Shown piece by piece: positions 18,799-29,397 of a DNA stretch of 64,000 nucleotides. The position numbers and the translations under genes are program-made. The notes beneath the pieces were generated by a model, which saw nothing but the letters and a program-made list of their open reading frames with translations, was not told the origin of the DNA and ran no database searches. Position 1 is the first letter of the stretch. Each line of letters starts with the position of its first letter. The stretch is from contig DHPR01000012.1 in NCBI GenBank assembly GCA_002410925.1, positions 84,643-148,642 of the forward strand, read 5' to 3'. Origin of the DNA: a bacterium UBP13_UBA5359 (lineage in GTDB: Bacteria; UBP13; UBA5359).

Positions 18799-19725
18799 TC
18801 AAGAGAAGGACTCCACGCAGTAGCTTACCCTGATCGTCCTTCTTTCTCCAGGCTGCAGTATATTGAGAGCGCCGGCACTCTCCCAACCTGGCCGGCATAA
18901 GCCTTCATAAGCACCCAGCCCCCTGGTCCAGGGTTCTATGCAGATAAAGGAGGAGCCGACCGTAGAAAAAACTACCAGTGCTTCTATCCAATCATCGAAA
19001 TCGATATGGATAATCCTGGCTGCACCGGTATCTGTAAGCGATGCCCTATGCCCACACATGCCGCTGAAGAGAGCATCATACTGTACGCCATCTTCCAACA
19101 ACAAAGGAAAGCCTGCCGGCATGACAGCGCCTGTCGGCACTAGGCATTCCGGATCCAGTTGCAAGCGCTGATTACAGGGCAACTCAATTTTTACTCCCTG
19201 CCGGGAATTATCCGAGAGTGCAAAATAAGAATGATAACCAAAGGCTAAGGGTGCCGGTGTTGCTCCCGCATTCCTAAAAAATGCTGTTATAGAAAGCTTG
19301 CCTGGGGCTATGGTATAAGCAAGCCTGAAATCCATGTCAAAAGGGTAGTGCCTCTCTCTTATCTCCCTGGGTATGCAACATCCATATTCAACCCTGATAA
19401 TACTCTCTTTCACCTGTTCCGCCGTTTTTTCCCAAACGGCATCCGGCAGGATACCATGGATAGGCATTCTATACTCTTCTTCCAGACCGTATATTCTATA
19501 ACTCTCCGGCCGTGGCTTATCACCGCTTCTGTTCCAGGTACGACCTACAGAAGGGAAGAGTACCGGATTGCCGCCTTTATAAAATTTTCCCCTCTCGCCC
19601 GGAACTCCTTCAGGACGGTAGAAAACTTCCCGGCCGCCGACATGCCAGGAGAAAAGGTTACAACCAAAATCAGGGGCTATGGAAAAAGAGCTTCCATCAT
19701 TAAGAAAATAACGATCGATCTTCAA
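18799..19725 (-). CDS. aldose 1-epimerase family protein
   Basis: GNPVLFP, HG, YPF, GYHSYF and FICIEPW. Confidence 0.88.
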   Translation of the reverse strand: MKIDRYFLNDGSSFSIAPDFGCNLFSWHVGGREVFYRPEGVPGERGKFYKGGNPVLFPSVGRTWNRSGDKPRPESYRIYGLEEEYRMPIHGILPDAVWEKTAEQVKESIIRVEYGCCIPREIRERHYPFDMDFRLAYTIAPGKLSITAFFRNAGATPAPLAFGYHSYFALSDNSRQGVKIELPCNQRLQLDPECLVPTGAVMPAGFPLLLEDGVQYDALFSGMCGHRASLTDTGAARIIHIDFDDWIEALVVFSTVGSSFICIEPWTRGLGAYEGLCRPGWESAGALNILQPGERRTIRVSYCVESFS

Positions 19726-19737
19726 ATCCGCCTCCTC

Positions 19738-21042
19738 CTATTTTACCTTGTCCGTCCAGGCATCCCTGATAGCATCCCAATAATTATAGCGTTCTATCCA
19801 GTAGAGATCGAATAGCATCACACCCTGGCCTTTGCTCCTGATCAGCTTTATCGCCTGTTTCAGCCGCTCCGGCCTGTTTTTATACATCAACATATAGAGT
19901 CCGCCTATCAATGGAGTTTTCTTCTGAGTTACCCAGTATGCCATATCTATGGCCCCTTCCACTGTGGGCCGATTGGGATTATCATTGGCCTCCTTCCTGG
20001 TAATACGGCCGAAATAATATCCCAGCATCATGCAGTCGTAAATCTCTGCCATTCCGGTCTGGTGATAATCAGAAGAAGCCAGGGAACTGGTAGGTTTGAA
20101 CTCATTGCTGGCCCAGTTAACACCCATTCCCCAGTGATGCCTGTACCATCCGCCATAATAGGCGCTAAAAGCGCATTTCGGCCGAGCCTTGGTCGCCGTC
20201 GCTTTGGCTTTTTCTACAAAATCTCTGATTACCTGAGATCTCCATTTAAGCCATTTTGTCCTCCAGATTCCGCCTCCAAAAACATCATCAGGCCATACTG
20301 CCACCCGGCAACCGATATACTGCTCAAAGGCCTGCCGGCTGGCCTGACTGAAATCGGCGTTAAAATCAGCAAAACGGCAATAATCGAGACAAAGGCCGTC
20401 AAAAGCATATTTTTCCACAATTTCTCGAAGAAGACTCAATTCGTAATCTTGGACCTCTTTGATTACCGGATTTACGAAGACAAAAGGATAGCTGGAGGAT
20501 ATCTTTTGCATCTTTCCACTTCTGTATATTACTGTTTCCCAATCAGGATGGAGAAAAACCGGGCCTATGCGATAATCGGCTCCGGCCCTGAGGGTGCCCT
20601 CTGTAAAGACGGGAAAGCCGGCATATACCTTAAGTCCAAAGCGATGTCCCGTTTCCAGAACATCCTTTACAGCATCAAAACCGGCAGGAAAATTACAGGC
20701 CTGGGGCGTACCTCTGGCAAGCTCGCTCCAAAGGCTCATGTGAGGTGCAATACGGCTGGGGTAAAGCACCAGCCCACTGACATCCTTTACACTCAGAACT
20801 ACAGTATCAGCACCAGAGGCTTTTACCCTCGTCATAAAAGACTCTATGTTTTCATGATTTGATAAGCGCTGACAATTGGCATAAGCATCTATCCAGATCG
20901 CCTTAGCGGGCAATCCATTTCCAACAGCTGCGAGTGATTTCTTCATCTCTTCTGCCTGCGTCCATCCGGCACAAAGCACTTTGCATGCTACAGCGGCAAC
21001 GATTATTGCTCTGAATATAGATTGTCTCATTAAGCATAACAT
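19738..21042 (-). CDS. secreted glycoside-hydrolase-like protein (GHL10/DUF187, UPF0748 type)
   Basis: Signal peptide; VKD.SG.VLYPS, FVNP..KEVQDY and DGLCLDYCRF. Confidence 0.75.
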   Translation of the reverse strand: MLCLMRQSIFRAIIVAAVACKVLCAGWTQAEEMKKSLAAVGNGLPAKAIWIDAYANCQRLSNHENIESFMTRVKASGADTVVLSVKDVSGLVLYPSRIAPHMSLWSELARGTPQACNFPAGFDAVKDVLETGHRFGLKVYAGFPVFTEGTLRAGADYRIGPVFLHPDWETVIYRSGKMQKISSSYPFVFVNPVIKEVQDYELSLLREIVEKYAFDGLCLDYCRFADFNADFSQASRQAFEQYIGCRVAVWPDDVFGGGIWRTKWLKWRSQVIRDFVEKAKATATKARPKCAFSAYYGGWYRHHWGMGVNWASNEFKPTSSLASSDYHQTGMAEIYDCMMLGYYFGRITRKEANDNPNRPTVEGAIDMAYWVTQKKTPLIGGLYMLMYKNRPERLKQAIKLIRSKGQGVMLFDLYWIERYNYWDAIRDAWTDKVK

Positions 21043-21064
21043 CCCTTGCGAATTCCCTCTTGAT

Positions 21065-21092
21065 ATTCAACGCAGGCAAGCTGAAATCCTAC
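21065..21092 (-). promoter_or_regulatory. sigmaH-like promoter GTAGGA-N18-GAAT
   Basis: Matches the recurring motif; upstream of the GHL10 gene. Confidence 0.5.
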
Positions 21093-21122
21093 CTGGCAAG
21101 GTTTACCGTCTACCTGGTAAGG
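21089..21122. repeat. 13-bp direct repeat CTACCTGG(C/T)AAGG with 21-bp period
   Basis: Copies at 21089-21101 and 21110-21122 in the divergent intergenic region. Confidence 0.5.
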
Positions 21123-21161
21123 GTAGAATTTTAAAAGAGTGTATCATCAAGGAGGTTTTCC

Positions 21162-23633
21162 ATGAATAAAATCAATGAGGTTCCAGTAGAAGATCTGAGG
21201 CATTACGTAAGCCCGGATCAATTTGATTTTGAAACCACCAGGGATATAGCTCCGCTTACCGGCACCGTTGGTCAGGAGAGAGCTATCAGCGCTCTCAATT
21301 TCGGCTTTAATATCAAGACCGGTGGTTTCAACATTTATGCTGCCGGAGCCAAAGGAACGGGCAAGAATTCTACTATCAAGGCCTTTGTGCATGATAAGGC
21401 CCGGCAGGAAGCTCCTCACGGTGACTGGGTTTATGTTAACAATTTCAAGGAGACTGACAAGCCTAAGGCCATCAGCATCCCTACCGGCAAAGGCCCGGAA
21501 CTGGCCGCGGATATGGATCAGTTGATAGCTGCCTGTAAAGAAGAGATCCCGCGTGCTTTTGAGAATGAAGATTATGATAAGCGCAAAAGTGAGATCCTCA
21601 AGGATGTTCAAAAACACCGCGACGAAATTCTTACGGGGATCCAGACCATGGCTGAAAATAGCGGCTTCATAATAGAGATGACCAATATGGGGATTGTCAC
21701 CGTTCCTGCCAGAAAAGGCAAGCCTATGTCCAGGGATGAGTTCGAGGCTCTGAGTAAAGATGAAAAGGATCGCTTGCAAGACAAGCTGATCAACCTCCAA
21801 ACAGAGATCAGCCAGGCCCAGAATAAGGCCAGAAAGCTGGAACAGGAGGCGGAAGAAAAAATACGCAGCCTGGATAAAGAGGTGGCGCTCTTTGCTATTG
21901 GACATTTACTGGATAGAATGCAAGATGATTACAAAGAATGTCCCAAAGTAATAGATTATCTAAGAGAAGTGCAGAATGATATTATCGAACATCTGGATAA
22001 TTTCAAACATATCGCACGGCCGGAGGGAGCTACAGATGGCCAGCTTGCTTTGATGCAGGCGTTAGGACAGGGCGAACCTACCTTTGACCAATATAAGGTC
22101 AACGTTTTTATAACCAATGGTCATGCTGAGGGTGCTCCTGTAGTTATCGAGAATAACCCGACATATTATAATCTGATAGGCCGGATAGATTACGATGCCA
22201 AGTTCGGCATCATGACTACCAATTTCAATTTGGTCAAGCCTGGAGCTATCCACAGAGCCAACGGTGGTTATCTGGTACTGCAGGCGCTGGATCTGCTGAT
22301 GAATTTTCAATCATGGGACGCTCTGAAAAGAGTATTGAGAAGCGGTGAGATTACCATAGAGAATATCGGTGATCAATACCGTCCTATCCCCACCTCTACT
22401 CTAAAACCCGAACCTATTCCGGTCAATGTCAAGGTCATTCTCATTGGAAATCCGATGATCTATCATCTGCTTTACGCCTATGATGAAGATTTTCCTAAAC
22501 TTTTCAAAGTTAAGGCCGATTTCGGGCCGGATATGAATCGTAATGATGAACATATGTATGAATACGCCTCATTTATCACTGCCCGTGTCAATGAAGCCGG
22601 ATTAAAGCACTTTCATAAAAGCGGCGTGGCCAGAATAGTGGAGTATGGCTCCCGCCTGATCGAGAATCAGAAGAAGCTTTCCACACGTTTCATCGAAATA
22701 TCGGATATCATCAGCGAGGCCAGTTACTGGGCTAACAAGGATAACAGCGAATATGTCATGGCCCGACATGTGGAAAAAGCTTTATATGAGAAAAAATATC
22801 GCTCCAGCATGATAGAAGAACGCCTGCAGGAGATGATCAATGAAGGTACTCTGCTTATTGATACCGAGGGCGCTGTCGTAGGACAGGTCAACGGTTTGTC
22901 CGTGCTGGATATTGGAGACTACATGTTCGGTAAGCCTTCTCGCATCACCGCCAAGACATTTGTCGGGCGGTCAGGAGTAACCAACATTGAGAGGGAGACA
23001 GCTATGGGCGGTCCGATACATAACAAGGGTGTCATGATCCTGACCGGGTATTTGGGAAGCAAATTCGCTGTTGATAAGCCCTTGGCTCTATCCGCCAGCA
23101 TCACTTTCGAGCAGGAATATGGTGGAGTGGAAGGAGATAGTGCCTCCAGCACAGAGCTTTACGCCATATTATCCAGCCTGGCGGAGGTGCCCATCAAGCA
23201 AAATCTGGCGGTTACCGGATCCGTCAATCAGAAAGGAGAGATCCAGCCTATAGGAGGCGTCAATCAGAAAATCGAAGGCTTTTTCGATGTCTGTCGCCTG
23301 CGTGGCCTGACAGGAGATCAGGGCATCATGATCCCTCATCAGAATGTCAAGCATCTGATGTTGAGAAATGATGTCATAGAAGCCGTTAAGAGCGGAAGTT
23401 TTCACATCTTTCCCGTAAAATTCATAGATGAAGGCATCGAAATACTCACCGGTATGGAAGCCGGAACCAGAGATGAAAACGGGAAATATCCGGAAAACAG
23501 CATCTTTGGCAAAGCTGATAATAAAATTCAGCAATTTACCGATATCATGCGTATCTTCGGTGGCGGCGAGGAGAAGGAAGAGCGCAAGGAAGGTAAGATG
23601 GGCATGGCTGCAGAAGGAATAGATGAAGAATAA
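21162..23633 (+). CDS. Lon-like protease (LonC/YcbZ-type AAA-like domain + S16 domain)
   Basis: GQERA, GTGK, PGAIHRANGGYL, GDSAS (Ser) and GGVNQKIEGF (Lys). Confidence 0.9.
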   Translation: MNKINEVPVEDLRHYVSPDQFDFETTRDIAPLTGTVGQERAISALNFGFNIKTGGFNIYAAGAKGTGKNSTIKAFVHDKARQEAPHGDWVYVNNFKETDKPKAISIPTGKGPELAADMDQLIAACKEEIPRAFENEDYDKRKSEILKDVQKHRDEILTGIQTMAENSGFIIEMTNMGIVTVPARKGKPMSRDEFEALSKDEKDRLQDKLINLQTEISQAQNKARKLEQEAEEKIRSLDKEVALFAIGHLLDRMQDDYKECPKVIDYLREVQNDIIEHLDNFKHIARPEGATDGQLALMQALGQGEPTFDQYKVNVFITNGHAEGAPVVIENNPTYYNLIGRIDYDAKFGIMTTNFNLVKPGAIHRANGGYLVLQALDLLMNFQSWDALKRVLRSGEITIENIGDQYRPIPTSTLKPEPIPVNVKVILIGNPMIYHLLYAYDEDFPKLFKVKADFGPDMNRNDEHMYEYASFITARVNEAGLKHFHKSGVARIVEYGSRLIENQKKLSTRFIEISDIISEASYWANKDNSEYVMARHVEKALYEKKYRSSMIEERLQEMINEGTLLIDTEGAVVGQVNGLSVLDIGDYMFGKPSRITAKTFVGRSGVTNIERETAMGGPIHNKGVMILTGYLGSKFAVDKPLALSASITFEQEYGGVEGDSASSTELYAILSSLAEVPIKQNLAVTGSVNQKGEIQPIGGVNQKIEGFFDVCRLRGLTGDQGIMIPHQNVKHLMLRNDVIEAVKSGSFHIFPVKFIDEGIEILTGMEAGTRDENGKYPENSIFGKADNKIQQFTDIMRIFGGGEEKEERKEGKMGMAAEGIDEE

Positions 23634-23642
23634 GCTGTTTTC

Positions 23643-23677
23643 CCCCCTGGCAACCGGGCGCCAGGGGGCGCTTCTTT
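23643..23677 (+). terminator. GC-rich hairpin between convergent genes
   Basis: CCCCCTGGC/GCCAGGGGG stem followed by CGCTTCTTT. Confidence 0.55.
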
Positions 23678-24839
23678 ATCCGCCCACTTGCTGTTTCATA
23701 CTGATCAATCCGGCGATATCCTTGCGGCTGACGATACCTTCAAGCCCATCATCGCCAATAACCAGCAAACGCCCCGTATCACCCTGAGCAATTCTCTCCA
23801 GAGCTTCAAACGCATCGTCGTCGGGCGCCGCTTCAAGATCGGATGTCAGCGGGCGTGCTATCTGTCCGGCGGTAGTGCCGGACCAATGATCACGAGACAC
23901 ATCCTTAATATCGTTAAAAACCACTAGGCCGACCAGCCGTTCATCCTTTGATACCGGAAATGCAGCGTGCTTGTAACGAAAAAAGTAATCCTCCACCAGA
24001 TGATCCAGGGTTATATCAGCCGGAACCGTAATCACCTCTCTTGTCATAATCTGCCTTACCTTGACCTCTCCAAGAGAACGCCTGATCAGCAATTGCTGAT
24101 AGCTTTGCTGCGCTGCATTCTGTAGAAACCAACCTATCAGAACCAGCCATATTCCGCTGATATTCCCGCCCAGCACCGATAAGATACCGAAAAATATCAA
24201 GGTATAGGCCACGCCTATACCTACATAAGAGGCTATCCGGGTAGACCGGGTCAGATCACCGGTAATCCTCCATATGATGGATCTCAATACTCTGCCTCCA
24301 TCCAGAGGAAAACCGGGCACGAGGTTGAACACCGCCAGAACAAGATTGATAACTGTCAGATAAAAGCTTAGGCCTACCAGTAATACGCCCCAGTCCTGGG
24401 TAGCAGCCAATCTGGCAATGGCATAGAAGATCACCGCCATTACCAGACTTGTCAACGGCCCGACTATAGCCATTTTGAATTCAGCGGCCGCAGAGCCGGG
24501 CTCATCCGTCATTTGAGAAGCTCCGCCGAAAATAAAGAGAGTGATCCCTGATATGGGAATATTGTTGCGCCTGGCTACTACGGAATGCATCAATTCATGT
24601 ATCAATACCGAAGCAAAGAGCAGCAAGGAAGCAACGGCACCCAGCAACCAGTGTGTCACCGGACTGTGGGTGGGAAATATCTGTGGAAAATATCCGGCAG
24701 CCAGTGCATAAGTCAAGAGAATAAAGATTATAAACCAGCTATAATCAACGTATATCGGTATTCCGGCTATCCTGCCTAAAAAAAAACCGTTCTGTAGCGG
24801 TTGTGCCACTCTGCGGTTTTCACCATTCATCGGCAACAC
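23676..24839 (-). CDS. site-2 protease (M50) with CBS domains
   Basis: HELMH, NLVPGFPLDGG and tandem CBS domains; true start may be ATG 24830. Confidence 0.92.
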   Translation of the reverse strand: MLPMNGENRRVAQPLQNGFFLGRIAGIPIYVDYSWFIIFILLTYALAAGYFPQIFPTHSPVTHWLLGAVASLLLFASVLIHELMHSVVARRNNIPISGITLFIFGGASQMTDEPGSAAAEFKMAIVGPLTSLVMAVIFYAIARLAATQDWGVLLVGLSFYLTVINLVLAVFNLVPGFPLDGGRVLRSIIWRITGDLTRSTRIASYVGIGVAYTLIFFGILSVLGGNISGIWLVLIGWFLQNAAQQSYQQLLIRRSLGEVKVRQIMTREVITVPADITLDHLVEDYFFRYKHAAFPVSKDERLVGLVVFNDIKDVSRDHWSGTTAGQIARPLTSDLEAAPDDDAFEALERIAQGDTGRLLVIGDDGLEGIVSRKDIAGLISMKQQVGG

Positions 24840-24889
24840 CTCCCGGGATATTCTTACCCGAAGGATTATGGTTCAAACACCAAAGCTAT

Positions 24890-25930
24890 TCACTGCCGGC
24901 TGCTTTTGCCGGATTCTCTGATCATCAGCTTGGGCTGTATCGTCAGCTGCTCCGGCATCCTGGCAAGATCCTCTATCCTGGCCATAAGCAGAGAGAGTAT
25001 TCCGGCGGCAATATCTCCAATCCGAAGATCGAACGTCATCAGCGACGGCTTGTAGAAAAGACTTTCCGAAGTATTGCCAAAGCCGCAAACCGCAATATCC
25101 TCCGGTATGGACAGACCGCTCTCGCTCACGGCCCTCATAGCGCCAAAGGCTATCTGATCAGTACAACAAAAAACAGCCTCCGGTATCTTTTCGGATTTGA
25201 GAAGCTCGTTCATTCCCTGATATCCGCTCATGGAAGTATCTTCCCGCAGCACGGTCTGCCTGCACAGGGGCGGCAGGCTTTTATTTTCCAGAACAGCCTT
25301 CATACCTTGCAACACGGAAGATCCCAGCTTAAGATTAAGGTTGGGCGAACAGAGACAGGCAATATCGCAACGTCCTATTCCGACAAAATGCTCTGCTGCC
25401 ATTAAAGCAGCCGCTTCCATATCGGTAATTACGCAATCATACTCTGTACCGGAGTAATTATAAATCACAAAAGGAATCGCCTGTATCAATAAACGCTCAG
25501 CAACAACCTGACAGGCATCAGGCGAAATCCCTCCGGCCATAACAACCATGCCATCTATCTTGCCGGCGATAACAGGCTCTAGACGGCTTTCCATGCGGGC
25601 AATATCCCGGTAGTAAAAAGCGATAGCGGTATATCCGTATCCTGACAGACCCTCATCGAGAGCGTTAAAGAGACTGCTGGATATATAGCCGCCCATGTCC
25701 GGCAGGATAACACCTATTCTATACCTACGCTTAAGAGCGCGTTGCCGGGCTGCCAAATTTGGACTGTAGCTCAGGCTGACAGCTATCTTTCTTACTCTGC
25801 GCTTGGTATCCTCACTAATATCCGGCTTATCACGAAGGGCACGTGAAACAGTGTTTACCGATAAACCCGTCATTTCAGCAATATCTTTAAGCGTAGCTCT
25901 CCTTTGCTGCGGCAAAGCACCCATTACCAT
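24890..25930 (-). CDS. LacI family transcriptional regulator
   Basis: TLKDIAEMTGLSVNTVSRAL. Confidence 0.92.
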   Translation of the reverse strand: MVMGALPQQRRATLKDIAEMTGLSVNTVSRALRDKPDISEDTKRRVRKIAVSLSYSPNLAARQRALKRRYRIGVILPDMGGYISSSLFNALDEGLSGYGYTAIAFYYRDIARMESRLEPVIAGKIDGMVVMAGGISPDACQVVAERLLIQAIPFVIYNYSGTEYDCVITDMEAAALMAAEHFVGIGRCDIACLCSPNLNLKLGSSVLQGMKAVLENKSLPPLCRQTVLREDTSMSGYQGMNELLKSEKIPEAVFCCTDQIAFGAMRAVSESGLSIPEDIAVCGFGNTSESLFYKPSLMTFDLRIGDIAAGILSLLMARIEDLARMPEQLTIQPKLMIRESGKSSRQ

Positions 25931-25940
25931 GACCTCCCTT

Positions 25941-26819
25941 CTAAGAGTCCATGACCGGTGCTATGAGCTTGAAAGCCACTTCACCCAACCCGATTCCCAG
26001 CGAGGCAGCCACCAGAGGACATTTAGCCCGCAGCAGACAGTATATACGTCTGGGAGTAGATGATGACAGGCTCTCATAATGTCCGTGTCCTTTGCCGATA
26101 ACAATGTCGACGCTATCGAAGATATCATGAAACTCACGGCTGACATCCGCCAGAGGCGTGCCTATGCCGTTGCTGCCGCTGGTAATCACCCGACAAAGCT
26201 TGTCCAGGCCGACGTAAGAAGCATCTTCCAGTGTAGAATCGTTAATGATAGGCCCATCTTTAACAGCATAGGTTAAATCCAAGCCGTAAGGCTCTAGTTC
26301 CTCTACCAGTATCTTATCAAAGACTATTTCGCCGGTGTTATCGCCCAAAATAAGAAGGCTGCGAGCCATTTTTAGATCCGCCAGCAGGGTATCGTAGTCG
26401 TCCACGGCAAAATCACCTCCGGCCACCTCTGCCACAACCTCGGCCAGATCAAACTTCATACCTATGCCCAGGTCTATGATGTTACCGGCTACCGCCAGCT
26501 TCAAGGCGGTATGCAAACGGTCGGAGCAATTTTCCAGCAAATCACAGGCCTCTGGATAAAGCTCCAGGGCCAGATCGTTATACTTTCTCTTCATAGAAAC
26601 ATAAGGATCAGGATTACCGGAAAGATCTTCTATCATGCGGTAAAGAGGTGTGCATAAAGTCGTCGGCGTCAGGGAGAGATCCATATCACGAGAATAATCA
26701 TGGGCAGCTGCCATAATCCTAGCTAAAGTATCCCGATCATCGGTGGCCAGTCTGGCGGTATTGAGCGCCTGCGTCAAAACACAGGGCATACATTCAAATC
26801 CGGCTTTCATTGTAACCAC
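25941..26819 (-). CDS. ARMT1/DUF89 family damage-control phosphatase
   Basis: CMPC, AGNIID, DNTGEIVFD, PIIND, KG.G.YESL and KC motifs. Confidence 0.88.
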   Translation of the reverse strand: MVTMKAGFECMPCVLTQALNTARLATDDRDTLARIMAAAHDYSRDMDLSLTPTTLCTPLYRMIEDLSGNPDPYVSMKRKYNDLALELYPEACDLLENCSDRLHTALKLAVAGNIIDLGIGMKFDLAEVVAEVAGGDFAVDDYDTLLADLKMARSLLILGDNTGEIVFDKILVEELEPYGLDLTYAVKDGPIINDSTLEDASYVGLDKLCRVITSGSNGIGTPLADVSREFHDIFDSVDIVIGKGHGHYESLSSSTPRRIYCLLRAKCPLVAASLGIGLGEVAFKLIAPVMDS

Positions 26820-26995
26820 TGCTCCGCTGCTTTCTCCGGCATGATGACAAGCGTGCCGGGCAAAGCTATTTTACCATGACGGGGGTGAAATGGAAAATTT
26901 CGCCTGTCAGTGCAGCCGGAGCTTACCTCACTCCTTGAGACGCTATCAAGCTCTTTTATCGCTCTGCTTACGGCGGCATAGCTGCTATTCTTATG

Positions 26996-27649
26996 CTAAA
27001 CTGACCCCATGTTCTTTTGCAGCAGCCAGCGGGCCGCTGTATCTACGCCTTCTCCAGTGGTGCAGGAAACATTGATGATGGGAGCTTCCTCATTGACTGC
27101 CCTGACGGCGGCGGTAAAGGCCTGCAGCTTAAAATCTATAAGGGGTAAGAGATCGATTTTGTTAAGAATAATCATATCGGCCTGGGCAAAAATTGCCGGG
27201 TATTTGATCGGTTTATCGTCACCCTCCGGAACGCTGGCCACTACCATATCGGCCGTTTCTCCCAGCCTGAAGTTGGTAGGGCAGATCAAATTGCCTATAT
27301 TCTCTATGAAAAGATATCCCGGCCCCGATAATTCGAGATCATCCATAGCCCGGTCTATCATGAAGGCGTCCAGATGGCAAGCTCCTCCGGTATTGATCTG
27401 AGTAACAGGCACACCGACGGCGGCAATACGATCAGCATCTATAGAGGAAGCAACATCTCCTTCGATAACGCCTCGTGAGAATTCCAAAGGAATATTTTCC
27501 AGCAAGCGCATGATCAGGCTGGTCTTGCCGGCGCCAGGAGAGGCCATAACATTGACAACCATCAGCTGAGATGCCTTAAATCTAACTTTATTCCGCTCAG
27601 CCTGCTCATCGTTGGCACTGAGGATGGGTTTGCGCACATTAATTTTCAA
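26996..27649 (-). CDS. hypB: hydrogenase nickel incorporation GTPase HypB
   Basis: SPGAGKT, IEGD, NTGGACHLDA, ENIGNLICP, EGDDKP.KYP and NKID. Confidence 0.96.
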   Translation of the reverse strand: MKINVRKPILSANDEQAERNKVRFKASQLMVVNVMASPGAGKTSLIMRLLENIPLEFSRGVIEGDVASSIDADRIAAVGVPVTQINTGGACHLDAFMIDRAMDDLELSGPGYLFIENIGNLICPTNFRLGETADMVVASVPEGDDKPIKYPAIFAQADMIILNKIDLLPLIDFKLQAFTAAVRAVNEEAPIINVSCTTGEGVDTAARWLLQKNMGSV

Positions 27650-27993
27650 GATTCCACCTCTACACTGTCCAGATAAAGCGCTTTCCCGCCTTCAAGATGA
27701 TTGAGACCGCCGCAGGCGGAACACTCCAGCGCCAGGCGCCCGCCCCCGGCATAATTCGTCTGCTTACCGCACTCTTTACATATCAGGCGGGCAGGCTCCA
27801 TCACCAATCGCAAAGAGGCTCCTTCTGCTGCCGTACATCTGCATAGTTCATTGAAATAAGCCGCCAGGCATTCCTCTTCCACACCGGCAAGCACACCGGC
27901 TACCACAGTGATGGTAGTAATCCTGCTTTCTTTATCGGGCAGAGCCTCCAGAGCAGTATCCAAAACAGCCTGAGCTATGGCCGCCTCATGCAA
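27646..27993 (-). CDS. hypA: hydrogenase maturation nickel metallochaperone HypA
   Basis: N-terminal MHE and two CxxC zinc-finger motifs. Confidence 0.93.
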   Translation of the reverse strand: MHEAAIAQAVLDTALEALPDKESRITTITVVAGVLAGVEEECLAAYFNELCRCTAAEGASLRLVMEPARLICKECGKQTNYAGGGRLALECSACGGLNHLEGGKALYLDSVEVES

Positions 27994-28299
27994 TCATATC
28001 CCCCCCGGCAGACCGTGATTGGGGTTCATGGAGATGCTCTTCCTGGGACAGATATCCGCACAATAACCACAGACAATGCATTTGTAGGGTTCCAATGTCC
28101 ATGACCTGGGCTCCTTGGACACGGTCAGGGCATTGGCCGGACACTTACGAGCACAAATGCCGCAGAAGGTACAGGTTGACGGGTCCATTTCCACATGTCC
28201 TCTGGATCCTGCAAAGGAATTACGGCGCTCTACCGGATAACACCTTGTCACAGGCTTGCGCAGCACATTATTGATAATGCTTTTCAGCAGACTAACCAT
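27994..28299 (-). CDS. echF: Ech hydrogenase subunit F (2x[4Fe-4S])
   Basis: CTFCGICARKCP and CIVCGYCADICP; operon position. Confidence 0.88.
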   Translation of the reverse strand: MVSLLKSIINNVLRKPVTRCYPVERRNSFAGSRGHVEMDPSTCTFCGICARKCPANALTVSKEPRSWTLEPYKCIVCGYCADICPRKSISMNPNHGLPGGI

Positions 28300-28314
28300 C
28301 TTACAAGACTCCCA

Positions 28315-29397
28315 TCATCTCTCCGTGCAGCTTATACACGGATCGATCGAAAGAACTATAACCGGCACGTTGGCCAGTTCACAACCCGGCAGCATGGCCA
28401 GCAATGGAGCCATGTTGGCAAAGGTTGGGGTTCGCACCCGCAGGCGCTCCAGGTTCTTGGTGCCGTCGCCTTTGATATAGTAGATGACTTCACCCCTGGG
28501 CTGCTCCACCCTGGATATGACTTCGCCCTCGGGATTACCTCTGGCAGACACGGCTATATCGCCGACAGGTATATCCCTGACAGCCTGACGAACAATATCT
28601 ATGGATTGATACATCTCCCTTATCCTGACCCGAGCACGAGCATAAGCATCGCCGCCGGTTTCCGTAATGGGAGTTACCTTGATCTCTTTGTAGGCGGCAT
28701 AACCCGTCTCGCGGAAATCCCTGGCAATGCCGCAGGCTCGGGCCACAGGCCCGACACTTCCCAGATCGTAAGCCTGCTCTGAAGTTATACGGCCAGTACC
28801 TACCAGGCGCTGTTTAACACTATAATCATCAAAGACCACCGGTCGAACGATCTCCAAATCACGCTCCAGAGCATCTACCGTCTTCAGCACTTCAGCCATA
28901 AGCTCTTCGGAGATATCGCGCCTGACGCCTCCCACGATACAAGTGGAAATAATTATACGCCCGCCTGTAGTAGCTTCCATAATATCCAGTACGGCTTCAC
29001 GGCTGCGCCAGGCTTGCATGAAGAGACTCTCAAAACCGAAAGAATCCGCTAGCAGCCCCAGCCAAAGCAAGTGGCTGTGCAGCCGATGCAATTCACTCCA
29101 GATAACTCTTAGATAACGAGCGCGATCGGGCACGGTTACATTCATCAGCATTTCTATGCCCTGGCAGTATGCCAGAGCATGCATGAAGCTACAGATACCG
29201 CAAATTCGCTCTACCAGGAAGATATTCTGCGTATATTCCTTCTTCTCGGCCAGCTTCTCTATGCCTCTGTGGACATAACCTATGGCCGGAAGAGCCTCCA
29301 CAACTTTTTCATCCTCCAGCATCAGCCGAAGCTGCAATGGCTCTGGAAAAACGGGATGCTGTGGTCCAAAAGGTATTATCGACTTGCTTCCAGGCAT
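28315..29397 (-). CDS. echE: Ech [NiFe]-hydrogenase large subunit
   Basis: ERICGICS (L1) and DPCISCTER at the C-terminus (L2, no cleavable extension). Confidence 0.95.
   Translation of the reverse strand: MPGSKSIIPFGPQHPVFPEPLQLRLMLEDEKVVEALPAIGYVHRGIEKLAEKKEYTQNIFLVERICGICSFMHALAYCQGIEMLMNVTVPDRARYLRVIWSELHRLHSHLLWLGLLADSFGFESLFMQAWRSREAVLDIMEATTGGRIIISTCIVGGVRRDISEELMAEVLKTVDALERDLEIVRPVVFDDYSVKQRLVGTGRITSEQAYDLGSVGPVARACGIARDFRETGYAAYKEIKVTPITETGGDAYARARVRIREMYQSIDIVRQAVRDIPVGDIAVSARGNPEGEVISRVEQPRGEVIYYIKGDGTKNLERLRVRTPTFANMAPLLAMLPGCELANVPVIVLSIDPCISCTER

Noticed and set aside
20062-20862. 266-aa plus-strand ORF, and many similar short overlapping ORFs in the track
   Set aside because: Lie opposite or inside genes with clear family motifs
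21147-21905. 252-aa minus-strand ORF
   Set aside because: Antisense shadow of the well-supported Lon-like protease; no motifs
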